From contig NW_003314280.1 in the NCBI RefSeq assembly GCF_000143415.4, positions 1,612,894 to 1,676,893 on the forward strand: a stretch of 64,000 nucleotides of DNA, given 5' to 3'. Position numbers and translations under genes: made by a program. This document shows, piece by piece, positions 26,383-38,722 of the stretch. This DNA is from Selaginella moellendorffii. Its lineage: Eukaryota > Plantae > Lycopodiophyta. Under the pieces are notes generated by a model that saw only the letters and a program-made list of their open reading frames with translations, was not told the DNA's origin and made no database searches. The first letter of the stretch is position 1. Each line of letters opens with the position of its first letter.

Positions 26383-28778
26383 TGTGAGGGCCAAGTGTAC
26401 GGCTACGATGCCATATACTAATATTAGCGTAGTGGGATTTTGATAACCGTCGGATTGGTTTCAATTTGGACCACTCGCTCCTGTATATAAACTAGGGTTT
26501 TTGGGCTAATTAATATGCACATTTTCTATATTCCCTTTCCATATTCCAAGCATTCACATTGGTGGAGATGAAGGGCACCTTTGATTGTCCCTGGGGAGTG
26601 CTTGGAGTTGGGATTTCAGTTTAGATCTAGCTTTTGCATCGTTTAGATCTAGCTTTTTCCATTTCCTTTCTTTTGTTCTTTCCTTTTAGGATTTTGGTTT
26701 AGATCTAGCTTTTTGCATTGTCTAGATCTACCATTTCCTTCTAGCTTTTTGTCGTTTATCTTCTTTTGCTCTTTTTTTTTCATTCGTCTCCATGGCAGAT
26801 CAACAATCTCCTCCTTTAACTCTGGAGTAGCAGTTGGTACAATTGCTTGATGCTATGCGCTTGCAATTGAACAACCAAACTCAGTTGATGGCGGCGTTCA
26901 CGGCACATGGTACAACTCCTCCTACTCTTGATGCCAATCCTTGCATTCGGCCGGAGTTCTTTTGTGGGAATCCTGGGGATGATATGTACCATTGGTTCGA
27001 TCACTTTACGGTGATTGCCACATATCATTCTTGGGATGATGCTCGACGTTTGCGTGAGTTTCCCACGTATCTCCAAGGGACGGCGTTGTAGTGGTACAAC
27101 GGTTTGGGAGCAGCCACTCGCGGGGATTGGAGTGTTCTTCCAGATGTCTTCAAACTCGCCTTTGGACATGCCGATGACTGTGATGATGCTTTCCAGCAAT
27201 TGCATCGTCTTTACCAAGGGCCATCTGAGTCGATGATGCAATGTGGTGTTCGTTTCTGAAGTCTTTTGCTTCGTGCGGTCAAGCTAGGAATGTTGTGGCC
27301 AGCACTTCGTCAAGATCTTGTCAGACTTGTGCATGCACTTGCTCCCACCACCTTTGACGATGCTCTTCGCTTGGCACAACGTTATGAGACGTCGCCTCTT
27401 CCACTTCTTGCTACACGTCTTTCAGCTCCACTTCCTGTGGGTGATGGTCTTGTTCCAATGGAGGTTGATGTTGCTGCTGCTCGAGTCCAAGGTCAAGGGC
27501 GAGGACGTGGTCATAGCCGTGATGTTTGCTGCTGGGCATGTGATGAAGTTGGTCATACTTATCGGTGTTGTCGGCGTTTTCCGGATTGGCGACCTCCATT
27601 TCCTGGGTGGAGACCTTGGCGTCAGCAACGTCCCGTTAGTGCTGCTGCAATAGAAGGTTTGAACACCGAGATGCATCCAGGAAACGAGGAGTCACGGAAG
27701 TAACAGAGGGACCTTGCACGAATAAGTCAGTGACCCCTCCATCTTTCTTTCGGGAGTATCATCAAGGGGTTCACTCGGCACCAGTTCATCCAGTGTTTAT
27801 TTTTCAAGCTTGTCTTTATAACAAAAGGTCTTCTATTATTCTCTCCGTGTTGGTTGATACAGGTTTGAGTTTATCTTCTATTGCTCGACTTGTTGCCACA
27901 CGTTGTCGTCTACACTTGCATCGTGCAGCGGAACCAATTTTCATTCTTTATGGCAACCGCTGTACACATGCATATGCACGGGATGAGGCGGACCTTGTTG
28001 TGCGTGTGGGCGATCTCGAGCTTGAGTTGCAGTCGTTAGAGGTGGTGCTGAGTCAAGCTTTTGACCTCATTCTTGGTATGGATTGGTTGCAGCGTAATCA
28101 TGCCAAGTGTGACTCTGAGGCTTCTCCCCCTTGTCTCATATTTCCTTATGTTTCATCCATTCCTCTCACTTCCATACCTCTTTGTCCCTCTACTTCTACC
28201 TCTGCTTCCATTACTTTTGTTTCCCCACTATTTCCTCCTATGTTTCCATCTTATTTTGCTCTTCCCTTTTCTGATCCCTCCGACGATATTTGTGTTGCAG
28301 TAGTTGACCGGCTCATGAAGGAGTATTCTGATCTCTTTGCCTTTGACTTATTGTCTGGAGCCAAGATTGCCACATGTCATCTGATTCCAACTAGGGATGC
28401 TCGTCCAATCAAGATTCCTGTTCGTCGTTGGTCATCAAAGGAGATCAAGATTTTACGTGCAAATGTCAAGGAGATGTTGGAGAAGAGTGTTATTCGGAAG
28501 TCGTGAAGTCCTTGGGCATGTGAACCTCATCTTATGACGAAGTTTGATGGGAGTATTCGTTTATGCATCGACTATCGTTCGTTAAACGAAGTAATGATCT
28601 TGGATGTGTACCCTCTTCCTCACACTGCTGATCTCTTGGATCGTTTGGGGCGAAGTCGTTAGTTCACCAAGCTAAATCTTGCTTCTGGGTACTGGCAAGT
28701 ACCAATGGCCGAAAAAGATATTCTTAAGACTGCCTTTCGTACACCATTTAGTTTGTATGAGTTCTTGGTGATGCCATT
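26383..28778 (+). mobile_element. Family F Ty3/gypsy element, 5' part (176-bp LTR, tRNA-Ala PBS, gag, PR, RT start)
   Basis: LTR TGTGA...TCACA at 26383-26558 and PBS TGGTGGAGATG at 26560. Gag runs from ATG 26792 with knuckle CWACDEVGHTYRCC; protease VLVDTG; RT truncated at FLVMPF. Confidence 0.85.
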
Positions 28779-31700
28779 TTGTCCACGCTGATCTCTCACA
28801 ACCTTTCTTCATTGAGGCTGATGCCTCCGACTTTGCCATTGGTGCTGTGCTGTCTTAACTCGGAGCAGATCAAGAATTTCATCCGGTCGCCTTCCATTCT
28901 CGGAAATTCCAGCCTGCGGAGATCAATTACAAAATCCACGATAAGGAGCTCCTTGCCATTGTGGATTCCTTTGGAGAGTGGCGTCGTTTCTTGGAGGGGG
29001 CAGGCCATCAAACAACGGTCTAGACGGATCACAAAAATCTCAAGTACTTTGCTACTTCCTGAGTTTTGAGCCGTCGTCAAGCAAGATGGGCACAATTCCT
29101 GAGTCGGTTTGACTTTGTTATCAAGTACAGACCTGGAAAGCTTCAAGGCCTTTCTAATGCTCTTTCAAGGCGCTCCTATCTCAGTCTCAGGCCTGGTAAT
29201 CCTGCCTTCGATCAACAAGATTAGGTTATCCTCGGTCCTAATTGGCTTCAAGTTATGGCAATTTCCTTAGCCCCTCAGGACTCTTCCTTGATAGATGCAA
29301 TCAAAAATGATCTTCAATCCGATGACCTCACCAGCGACATTTTCCCCCATCTTCAGGCTGGACACCCAGTGACTCCCGACTGCCGGCGATTTGATGAGTT
29401 TGAGTTCTTAGATGGCTTGTTGTACTGTGGGGAGCAACTTTATGTTCTTGAAGGTGATGCTCGAAGGTTGGTCTTGATGGCATGCCATGATAGCCTGACT
29501 GTTGGTCACTTTGCGAAAACCTATGAGTTGGTTGCACGGGACTTTTGGTGGCCTCACATGGATGACTACATCAAAGCTTTTGTTACCTCCTGTGACACTT
29601 GCACCTGGAATAAGGTACCTTGCCAAAGGCTGCCTTGAGTGTGTCAAAGGCCTGTTGGGCAGCAGTAGACCAAGAGAAGGGAACATCCTTGCGAGTGAGA
29701 TGCGTGAGAGGAAAGACAATGTTAGAGTAGTGATCAATGAATTTGCAGTAGAAGTTGGCAAAGCCAAGGAAAACCTGAATGTCCGATATTAATTGTGGAG
29801 GCTCCCATTCGAGAATAGTTTTAACTTTGGTAGGATCCATCATGATACCCTTAGGAGTGACAATGTACCCAAGGAATTCCACAGACTCCTGATCGAAGGA
29901 ACATTTCTCAAGCTTCGTGTAGAGGCTGTGTTCCCGCAGCTTCGCCAGCACCTTGCGTACATGTTCATCGTACTCCTCCTGAGTTTTCGAGTAGATGAGG
30001 ATGTCATCGAGGTAGACGATCACCATCTGATCAAGAAACTCCCAAAAGATGTTGTTTGCCATGTGTTGGAAAACTGCTGGAGCATTTGTCAAGCCAAACG
30101 GCATGACAGTGTACTTGAAGTGGCCATAGCGGGTTCGGAACGCAGTCTTCCATTCATCACCAGGCCGGATCCGGATCAAGTTGTATGCTCCACGGAGGTC
30201 GATCTTAGTGAAGAAGCGGGCACCGCCGAGGCATTCCAACAGGTCCAAGATCAGGGGCAGCGGATAACGGTTCCGAACAATCACCTTGTTCAAACCTCGG
30301 TAGTCAATGACTAGCCGCAAACTCCCATCCTTCTTCTTGACAAAGAAGACAGGCGCTCCAGCTGGGGACTGCGAATGCTGAATGTACCCCAAGGCAAGGT
30401 TCTCATCCACGTACTCTTTGAGGGCCTTAAGCTTGGATAGGGACAACCCGTAGATAGGCCCCCACGGAGGTGACGCTCCTTCTTGTAAATCAATGGGACA
30501 GTCATAAGGCCGATGAATAGGCAGTACACTAGCCTTTTTCTTGTCAAACACATCCTCAAAATCATGATACTTCTCAGGAAGACTGACAAGAGAAACATGC
30601 AAAGAAAAAAGGAAAATAGATTCTTCATGAAGGAGTTTTTTTATAGTGATTGTGGAGATAGGAGGAGGCGTACGACTAAATGGAATGATGAGATGAGGAT
30701 ACTATCCAGTGTAAGATGGAAAAGAGGAAAAAGAAGAGGGTGAAAACTTCGTAGAGTTAGGAATAGAACCCTGATTTGAGTTTAGGGAACTTTTCCTGAT
30801 TCGGACTCGGTGAGTAGTAGGGGAAGCTATGGGAGATGGTGACGTGGGAGAGATGAGTTGTAATTCCTTCAAACAGATCTGAGGCTGGTGTAGTTGGAAC
30901 CAAGGAAGGCTGAGCACCACAGAGGAGGACTTATTGTTGATGATGTTGAAGGTGATATTGGTGACGATGGACCCGATGTGTACTCAAACGGGCAACATTT
31001 TCCTAAGTCCAGAAGATGGAGACACAAAATGCCCATTGATGCCTTCAACCCTTAGATCCCGTATGGTAGGAGAAAGAGGAACGTGATGTCGGGCAGCAAA
31101 GTCTGTGTCCATGAAGTAGGAAGTTGCACCCGAGTCCAGTAGCGCCAGAGTCTTGAGTCCTGATTGTCTGGTGAAAGAAAGGAGACATGGGATGCGGGAA
31201 TTGGTGCTGGTTTTGATAAAAGATGGTGAGTGTAGCGCATGTGATCATGGGATGAGATTTGGATATACTGTCACCATGGATCCTTGAAACCTTGGGGGAT
31301 AAATGGGGATAAAATAGCCACTAAAGGCTCTCTCATCAAGCAATTGCCCCTTTTCTAGTTGGCTTAAGGGGAGAGAGATAAGATGCGCTACAGTTGGTAT
31401 CAAAGTAAATAGCACGGGTTCGATTCCCATTGATTAGTAGCTACTTAAAAATATAATATACCCTTGAGCAAGGTATACTCCTACCCCTAAAATTTGAAAT
31501 CGTACATATTGGGGATCCATGCATACGTCCTTCCTCTTGTGTGGAGTATCCACAGACAAAGGTATCCACTATGGGACTGCGTTACGGGTGGATGACTAGT
31601 TGCCTCACATGGAATAGCTAGTCTACACAATGGAAGGATTGGTAAATTCAGTGCAGAAATGGAGGTGTTGGTTCCCCTTGGCTCAGTAGGGGTTGTTAAT

Positions 31701-33418
31701 CAATAGTCAATGAGGACATTGACATCTCTGAAAGGGGGGTGAGTGTAGCGCATGTGATCATGGGATGAGATTTGGATATACTGTCACCGTGGATCCTTGG
31801 AACCTTAGGGGATAAATGGGGATAAACTAGCCACTAAGGGCTTTCTCATCAAGCAATTGCCCCTTTTCCAATTGGCTTAATGGGAGAGAGATAAGGTGCA
31901 CTATAGTGAGGAGTTTGATAAAGAAGAAAAGTGATTTTTATTCGGGGAGTCTAAACAGATAGCTCCTACTCTATTTGGACAAGGTCATTTCCCGAATGCA
32001 GCAGAGGTGGATCTTGAGGCAGAGTGAACTCGAGCAGTCGGGGAGGCTTCTTGGGACACACAGCTGCTTTGTGATTAGGATCAGCACAGTAGAGGCAAAG
32101 ATTATGAGATATTCGAAGTTGCTTCTTAACAGGACTCAACTTCCCTCTGATGAGTCGGGGGGTACCAAAAATATCCATTAGGACCGGAGTAGTAGGTTCA
32201 AGAGTATGCCTTGAAGACTCAAGCTGGAATTCCTGAGTCTGAGATGGGAAAACGGCGGCGCGGCAACTTTCCTGACGATGCTCAAAGAGATGATTGTTGC
32301 ATCGAACAGCTTTGTTGATCATGTCCGATAGGTTTGTGGGATCCTCCATGGTGAGCAACAAATCCTTGACACTGTTGTTGAGGCCGAAACGAAATTGATC
32401 AATCAGGGCCCACTCATCCCACTGAGTGTCCAAGGCAAGGAGTTGAAACTCTGCAGCATAGATCGAGGCAGGACGAGACCCCTGAGAGAGACATCTCATC
32501 TTTGTGGTGGCAGCCCGAACCCGATCCGTCTCGCCAAAACATGCTCCGAGCTTCTCTTTGAATAATTGAAGATCCATCAGCTCCGGAACCACAACCCCTT
32601 TTATGCTCATCTCTAGGGGAGGAGAAAACCATGACAAAGCTGCACCTTTGAGAAACATCCCAATCGCGCCAATTTGAGACTCGGGAGTGGGGTACCGCTG
32701 ATGTTGAAGTGCGAAGATCAGCTCCATCTGGTTCAAGAATCCGCGAAGCTCCGAATGCTTGCCTAAAAATTTCACCGAGAAACTCACCTTCGGTTCAGAA
32801 ACTTTGCTTGATCCTTGAGCCGAAAGTGAAGCAAGCTCCTATTGCATGCAAAGAAAGGTCGCCTTCAACTCGATATTCTCAGACTAGATTTTTGCAAGGA
32901 CTTCGGCAAATAAATCAGGATGGCTTGGAGACTCCATCAGCAAAGAAGAAAGAAAAGGGGGAAAAAGGCAAGGCAGTCAAACAATCAAAACGGGCTAAAG
33001 CAAAATAAAAAAAACACAATCTGAATCAAATTGTCAAGACCCCCAACAAGATCAAGACTGGAAAATGCAGAAGATAAAGAGAAAAGCTAGTGGAAATGAA
33101 GAAGAAGCCTTAGATTGGTGTTGATTCAGATTGTGGAGAAATGGAATAAGGCTAACCTATATATACTATAGGTTGATGAAGCTCCACCACTCTTGGATCG
33201 AGGATGGCGTAAATATAGTTGAGGTCGAGGAGGCGCCATATCATCATCAGGAATGTGGCTCGAGACTCAGGAATCGTACAGGAAATCAGAGAGTCAAGAA
33301 TAAGGAAGTGTCTTGAGAGTCAGGAATAGGGAAGTGTCTCAAGAGTCAGGAATGTGGTTTGCAGGTTAGGAATCCGGCTTGAGTCAGGAATATGGCAAGA
33401 ATTGGGGGATTCCTGACA
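28779..33418 (-). mobile_element. Family D chromovirus copy D3, rearranged and 3'-truncated
   Basis: 5' LTR 33032-33418, gag 31966-~32940, RT 29630-30602 (YLDD). The RNase H/integrase N-terminal piece 28779-29625 lies on the opposite (+) strand. Confidence 0.88.
31231..31905 (+). mobile_element. TRIM (terminal-repeat retrotransposon in miniature), family G, 675 bp
   Basis: 162-bp LTRs at 31231-31392 and 31744-31905, with 10-bp terminal IR TGTAGCGCAT/ATGCGCTACA. PBS TGGTATCAAAG, PPT GAAAGGGGGGTGAG, perfect TSD GTGAG. Confidence 0.93.
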
Positions 33419-33750
33419 ATAAACATAATACATTTTGACAAAAAGCTTTAAGATAGAAAATCAAGAGTGGGAGAGGAATTCTCAAAGAACTGCTTGAAAA
33501 ACAATAAAGTAATCGATAAGCAACTCTCTAGAAAGGGAGAAAAAAACAACTAATATATGGAAGTGTAGAGAGTGAGTCTAAAATTGAATTCAAGATTGAG
33601 GTTGAGACTAAATCTGAGATCGAGTCTGAGACCGAGTTTAAATCGGAGTCCAAGTTCGAGTTTGAGACTGAGACTAAGACCAAGACCAAATCTAAGATTG
33701 AGTCCAAGTCTGAGACCAAAACCAAATTCAAGTCTAAGTAGGAGTTTATA
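33419..33750 (+). repeat. Decayed family A LTR fragment
   Basis: Degenerate 6/12-bp GAGTCC/GAGACC array preceded by A-LTR-like sequence. Confidence 0.6.
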
Positions 33751-33759
33751 TAGTGAGGC

Positions 33760-35163
33760 ATCAATAGAACTCTACACCCTTATGACATACACATACCAAA
33801 GAGATGGTAAATAACTATTTTAATCCAAATGCTAAAAGTTCACATATTTTGCGATCATCCTTTTGAAGGTCCAAACAAGCCATTCCACCAAACCGTTTGA
33901 CTATGAATGATAAGAACTCATGAAAGTGTGGTGTATCCCTAATTGAGACTTCAAAACGTGAAATGCCTCAACCATAAATGTGGGACCATTATCCAAAAGA
34001 ATCTACTCTAGACAGGAATGTTGGAACACCACTCGATTCAAGAGGCAGTATCCAATAGAAGTTGCAGACATGCAAGTAAGAACACCAACTTTCACTCAGC
34101 GAGTTAAGTAGTCAAAAGCAATAATAACATCCTCATTGCCAGTAGTCAATCATAGAAAAGGTCCCATAAAATCAAATACCACCAACTCAAATAGACGGGA
34201 AATTGCAATTGATTCCAACCATCCTTCCACAACACAAGAGGGAATATTACAAGTTTGGCACCAAATGCAACTACACACATACCAGATAACATTATGTTGC
34301 ATCTCTGGCCAATAAAAAGATTTGCGCAACTTCTCAGTCACATGACAATGTCCCATATGCCCACCTAAAATAGGAGAATCATGGTAGGCATAGAGAACGT
34401 ATGGAATAAAGATTGAAGGCACCATTAACCATAAATGATCATCAAGATTTGTCCCCACATAATAAAGAAAACTATCCTTAAGGTGATATTAAGAATATAA
34501 ATGCCAAAATGGTAAGTTATCAACAAGTGATGCAAGATTCTCAAACCTATCTGAAGCCTTCGAATCCACATCTCAATCTTTTAAGCCTTATGAACCTCAT
34601 GAAAAGAAGGTAAATCCTGCTCTGCACCTTGTGAACATTGAACGTTAAGTACAACAACCACCGACGGCACAAAATCCTCATCTAAAAAATCACAAATGCA
34701 GGAACAACAAGTTTGTCAAAAATATGAGAAGAGAGCAAAAAAAGAAGAGAAACTCAAGAAAGGGCATCAGCATCAACTATAGAATTCACTGGGCGATAAA
34801 CAATATCAAAATCATATATCTAAAGTTTCAAAGCCCACCAAGCAGTACAACCAATCAAGTTGTTCCATTTCAATAATGAAGTAATTGCAGCATGATCACC
34901 TTCTAATAACGTCTAAGAACCATATAAATATGTATGAAGTTTCTCAAAACACTCTTTTTCTGTCATAAAGTAGTTCACCTCTACTGTTGTAATATACAAG
35001 TGATATATATAATGAAATGGCATTGACCAAACACACTCAAGCTCTCTTGCATCAATATACATTTAATACCAATATCAAAAGCATCCATGCATAAAATGGA
35101 AAGTTGAGTGTAATTAGAATATGCCAAAACCGGAGGAGTTGTCAATAGCTCTTTGAGATCCAT
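33760..35163 (-). pseudogene. Decayed gypsy RNase H-integrase relic
   Basis: YHDSPILGGHMG...CIWCQ (HHCC), FDFMGPF, LTTPPVLAY...MDAFDIG. Confidence 0.75.
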
Positions 35164-37676
35164 TGTAGCGCACATGGTTTTTACCTTTTATCCTATAGTG
35201 ATTTATCATAGGATAACCATGAAGTAGAACCTAAACCTTCTTTATGCCACATGACAGATGCCACGTGTCCAAAGGATTGGTGTGGAACCCAAGTTTCAAG
35301 GCCTTGGGCCACTAAACTAAGAAATAGTGCCAAACTCCCAAGCATGGAGCCAAGGAGTGATGGAATCGAACCATGGAGCAACTCTTGAGCATGCAGCCCA
35401 AAGAGCAAAAGGATAGAAGCCCATAGTGACTTGGAATAGTTCTAGAGCAACTAGCATCCCAATGCCAGGACTAACACGCAAAACGGAGCCAAACAGAGTC
35501 TAGTGCTATTTCAGCATACTAGTGGCCTAACGTGAAGATATGAGTACTCCACCAGCTAGCATGGTGTGGAGCTTGGGCTTAGACCCAAGCCGGAGGCAGA
35601 ACAAGAACAAGCACACAAGTGGGAGCTAGACTATGCCTCAGGTTGGTCGACCATGCCCGACCTACCCACTATCCCTACTATACATTTAGAACCCCCCACA
35701 ACCACCCCCTTCGAGGAACACACGCTTTAGGCTTTCACCCCAAGCCTCCCTTAGTATTAGGAATTAGTCTCTGGGATAAGCTCGAAACTTACTAAATAAG
35801 GAATGGCGCTAAGATGTGAATTTGGACACGGTACAAACACTATTGTGTTCAAGCCAATCTTTACATTCCGTAGATATGCCAAATGAGCAAATTTAGACAC
35901 TTTTTATAAATAGCAATTAGGACCAAAATGAGACTAACACAAAGGGCATGATAGCAAGGGTATTTGGTAGACACGGTAAACTATCATTTAGCAAATATTG
36001 AGGGACCAATCTCAATATCGCAAGAGTTCTTGATATTAGCAAGTGCAAGCCAATGACAAGAGTTTCTCAAGCCGGGCCGAGTATGCTTAGCAAGAAACAC
36101 ATAGGAGTTCCTATCTTATGTTTATCCGATTTAACTGCACGGTCAATGACCAGTTTCTCAACTAGCTCAAGTGGAACTGATAACGAGTCTAGCAATACAG
36201 ACCTCCTACCATCGTGGTAGTAAGGAAAGAATATCCGAAAGGACTAGCTAACAGGTAACTTTCGATACCCAAAGTCACATTCGCAACACTCTCCCCACCT
36301 AAGGAAGATTGACGTCCTCATCGATGCATACTCGAGTCTAGACCACCGCCAAGGAAACAACTCCAAAACAAGTCACGGTGATCACACTATATGAGAAATG
36401 CACCAACTTAAATGAGTTAGGGGAACCTTTTTGTCTAATGTAGATGTGTTACTAACTCAGACACCTTCCAGCCATCGCCGACAAGGAAATGACCAACAGA
36501 GTTAGCCACCCTTGCTACTTTGGGTGTCACCCAGCTTACAAAAGTGTGATACGATATGTCCCTACCCACAGGGACATAGAGGGAGAAGCCAGGGGCCCCA
36601 ACCCTCCTGAGCAAAGAAACCAAACCCGTCGGTAAGGTTTAGATAGACTAAGCAGTTAGAGTTGTTTACATGGTCATGCCCTTTTAACAGAATAAGGAAT
36701 ATCGACAGAGAGGCGGGTTATGTGACCAATCGATAGTAGTTACCCCATGATTAGAGATTTCACAATGCACACAAAGTGCCGAAGCCAATCTGCCTATACT
36801 AGCCCAAACGTAAAGAATAATAGATGGACAATATCAAAGTCATAAACAATGATATCTTAGAGTCTTAATTATCAGTGAATATATCTTAGATTAGAACACA
36901 AAAGTATTCCAAGTAAGTTATCATCCGATAAACCAGTATTATAGGATAGGAACCACCAAGATCATCATAATTGAAAAACATAGGAATCACTATCTAATAA
37001 AATTCAAGAGCAAGTATATCATTAAGGAAACTCAAATGATAAAACTTTACTAACAAAGATTGCAGATAGTATGCCAAACAATTTACCCAAGATAACTCAA
37101 AGAACACAAAGTATCATTAACCGACAAGCATAATGCTCGTGAATATATCACCCAAAGGAAATAACATTCTAATCTATTAGAACTAGCTCGAGCAACAATC
37201 AACATAACAGAATGAATGTGGTAAAACAAACAAAAATTTAGTCATGCTAAACATTGCACTAGCCAATTTGAATAGATCCCAGTCAATAATACGAAGGAAC
37301 CAGAGTTGTTTAAGCAAGTGTTGGCAACATTCTACTAATGTCTCAAACCCAAAAGACTAATCCAAAGCAAACCACAAAAAACATGTGGTATTGCAAAAAG
37401 CTATAAACCATCAAAGAAAATAACTAACAATCATGAAAGATTATCAATCATCTCATCAATAGAGAGATGCATAATCATCATCGAAGAAAAAATTCACCAT
37501 CCCGAAGAATAACAAATCATTCCATACGAACAACAATCAAGCAAAACCCTTGATAAGGATAATCAACTATCCTAGATGATTGTCAATCATCACCAATGAT
37601 TGCCAAATGCAAATACTAACTTCAACATCAAAACTATGAGCCAAAAATGCCTTCCCCCAACAACTCCAAACAAATA
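35164..37676 (-). mobile_element. Family B copy B3: 3' LTR (35164-36288) and truncated interior
   Basis: Colinear with B2 13403-~15935 but more diverged. Confidence 0.88.
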
Positions 37677-37953
37677 GATATTCTTCCTGGTTTATAAGTT
37701 TCCAAACTTTAGATTGTTACCTTTCACTACTTTTCTTGTTTTGAGCTCTTTCACTCAAAATCCACTACTTCAGGGTGACATGACATATTGTTGGCTCTGC
37801 ATGGGTCTAAGAATGTATACGTGACCATGAGAAACAATTAAAAATGATCTCTTGATGCCATTTCTGTGAATAAATACCAGAGAGCAGAGCCCACCACAAT
37901 TCACACCAATTAGTTCCTTCTTGAGATTTCACGACATCAAGTGTTCTATAGCA

Positions 37954-38607
37954 ATGGCTTTCATCAAAATTGTCACGGTGGCATTCTTTGTGTGCATAGC
38001 TATTAGTGGAGTTTTGGGTGATGAGGATCCTCTCCAGGATTTCTGCGTGGAGGATCCAAACTCCAATATTTTCATCAACGAAGTCCCTTGCAAAGATCCC
38101 ACCACAGTCACTGCTGATGACTTCACCTCCACCATCCTGCGCCAGGGTCCAGTCACAAACAACACATTGCGAATCCAAGTCGACTTGATCGATATTACAA
38201 TGTTTCCAGGCCTCAACACACAGGGACTCTCCATTGCTTGCCTGGCATTTGGTCCATTTGGCGTGAATCCTCCACACAACCATCCTCGAGTGTTCGCGGT
38301 CATCTGGCTCCTCCAAGGACGCCTCTACGTTGGATTTGTGTCAACTTCCAACCAATTGTTTACAAAGGTTTTGCATCCAGGTGATCTGTTCATCTTTCCT
38401 AGGGGTCTCGTTCACTTCCAGCGAAACCTGGATAACTTGGACACAGTTGCGGTGGCTGTGCTTGGAAGCCAAAACCCGGGAAGGATAGACATGGCTAGAG
38501 TGTTGTTCCAGACCACACCAAACATCATGAACGAAGTTCTTGAGGCAGCTTTGCAGGTTGATGAAAATGAAATTGATAACTTACGCCATGGAGTGAGCCG
38601 CACTTGA
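37954..38607 (+). CDS. Germin-like protein (cupin), intronless, with signal peptide
   Basis: Hydrophobic N-terminus, DEDPLQDFCV...PCKDP, box 1 GVNPPHNHPR, box 2 GDLFIFPRGLVHFQ; 217 aa open frame. Confidence 0.88.
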   Translation: MAFIKIVTVAFFVCIAISGVLGDEDPLQDFCVEDPNSNIFINEVPCKDPTTVTADDFTSTILRQGPVTNNTLRIQVDLIDITMFPGLNTQGLSIACLAFGPFGVNPPHNHPRVFAVIWLLQGRLYVGFVSTSNQLFTKVLHPGDLFIFPRGLVHFQRNLDNLDTVAVAVLGSQNPGRIDMARVLFQTTPNIMNEVLEAALQVDENEIDNLRHGVSRT

Positions 38608-38661
38608 TCCAAAGAGTCAAACTAATAAATTTTTTACAAAAGTTTTAATTAATAAGGAAAT

Positions 38662-38722
38662 CCGATCTTAGCTCAATTGGTAGAGTGGAGGACTGTAGTG
38701 GTGCTCAGAAGTCCTTTCGATT
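38662..38722 (+). pseudogene. Truncated intron-containing tRNA-Tyr(GTA) pseudogene
   Basis: CCGATCTTAGCTCAATTGGTAGAGTGGAGGACTGTAG + short intron + TCCTT matches the 5' part of plant tRNA-Tyr. The T arm and 3' acceptor strand are largely deleted. Confidence 0.8.

Noticed and set aside
31231-31392. Cassandra-type 5S rRNA sequence in the TRIM LTR
   Set aside because: No recognisable 5S A/IE/C-box similarity by eye.
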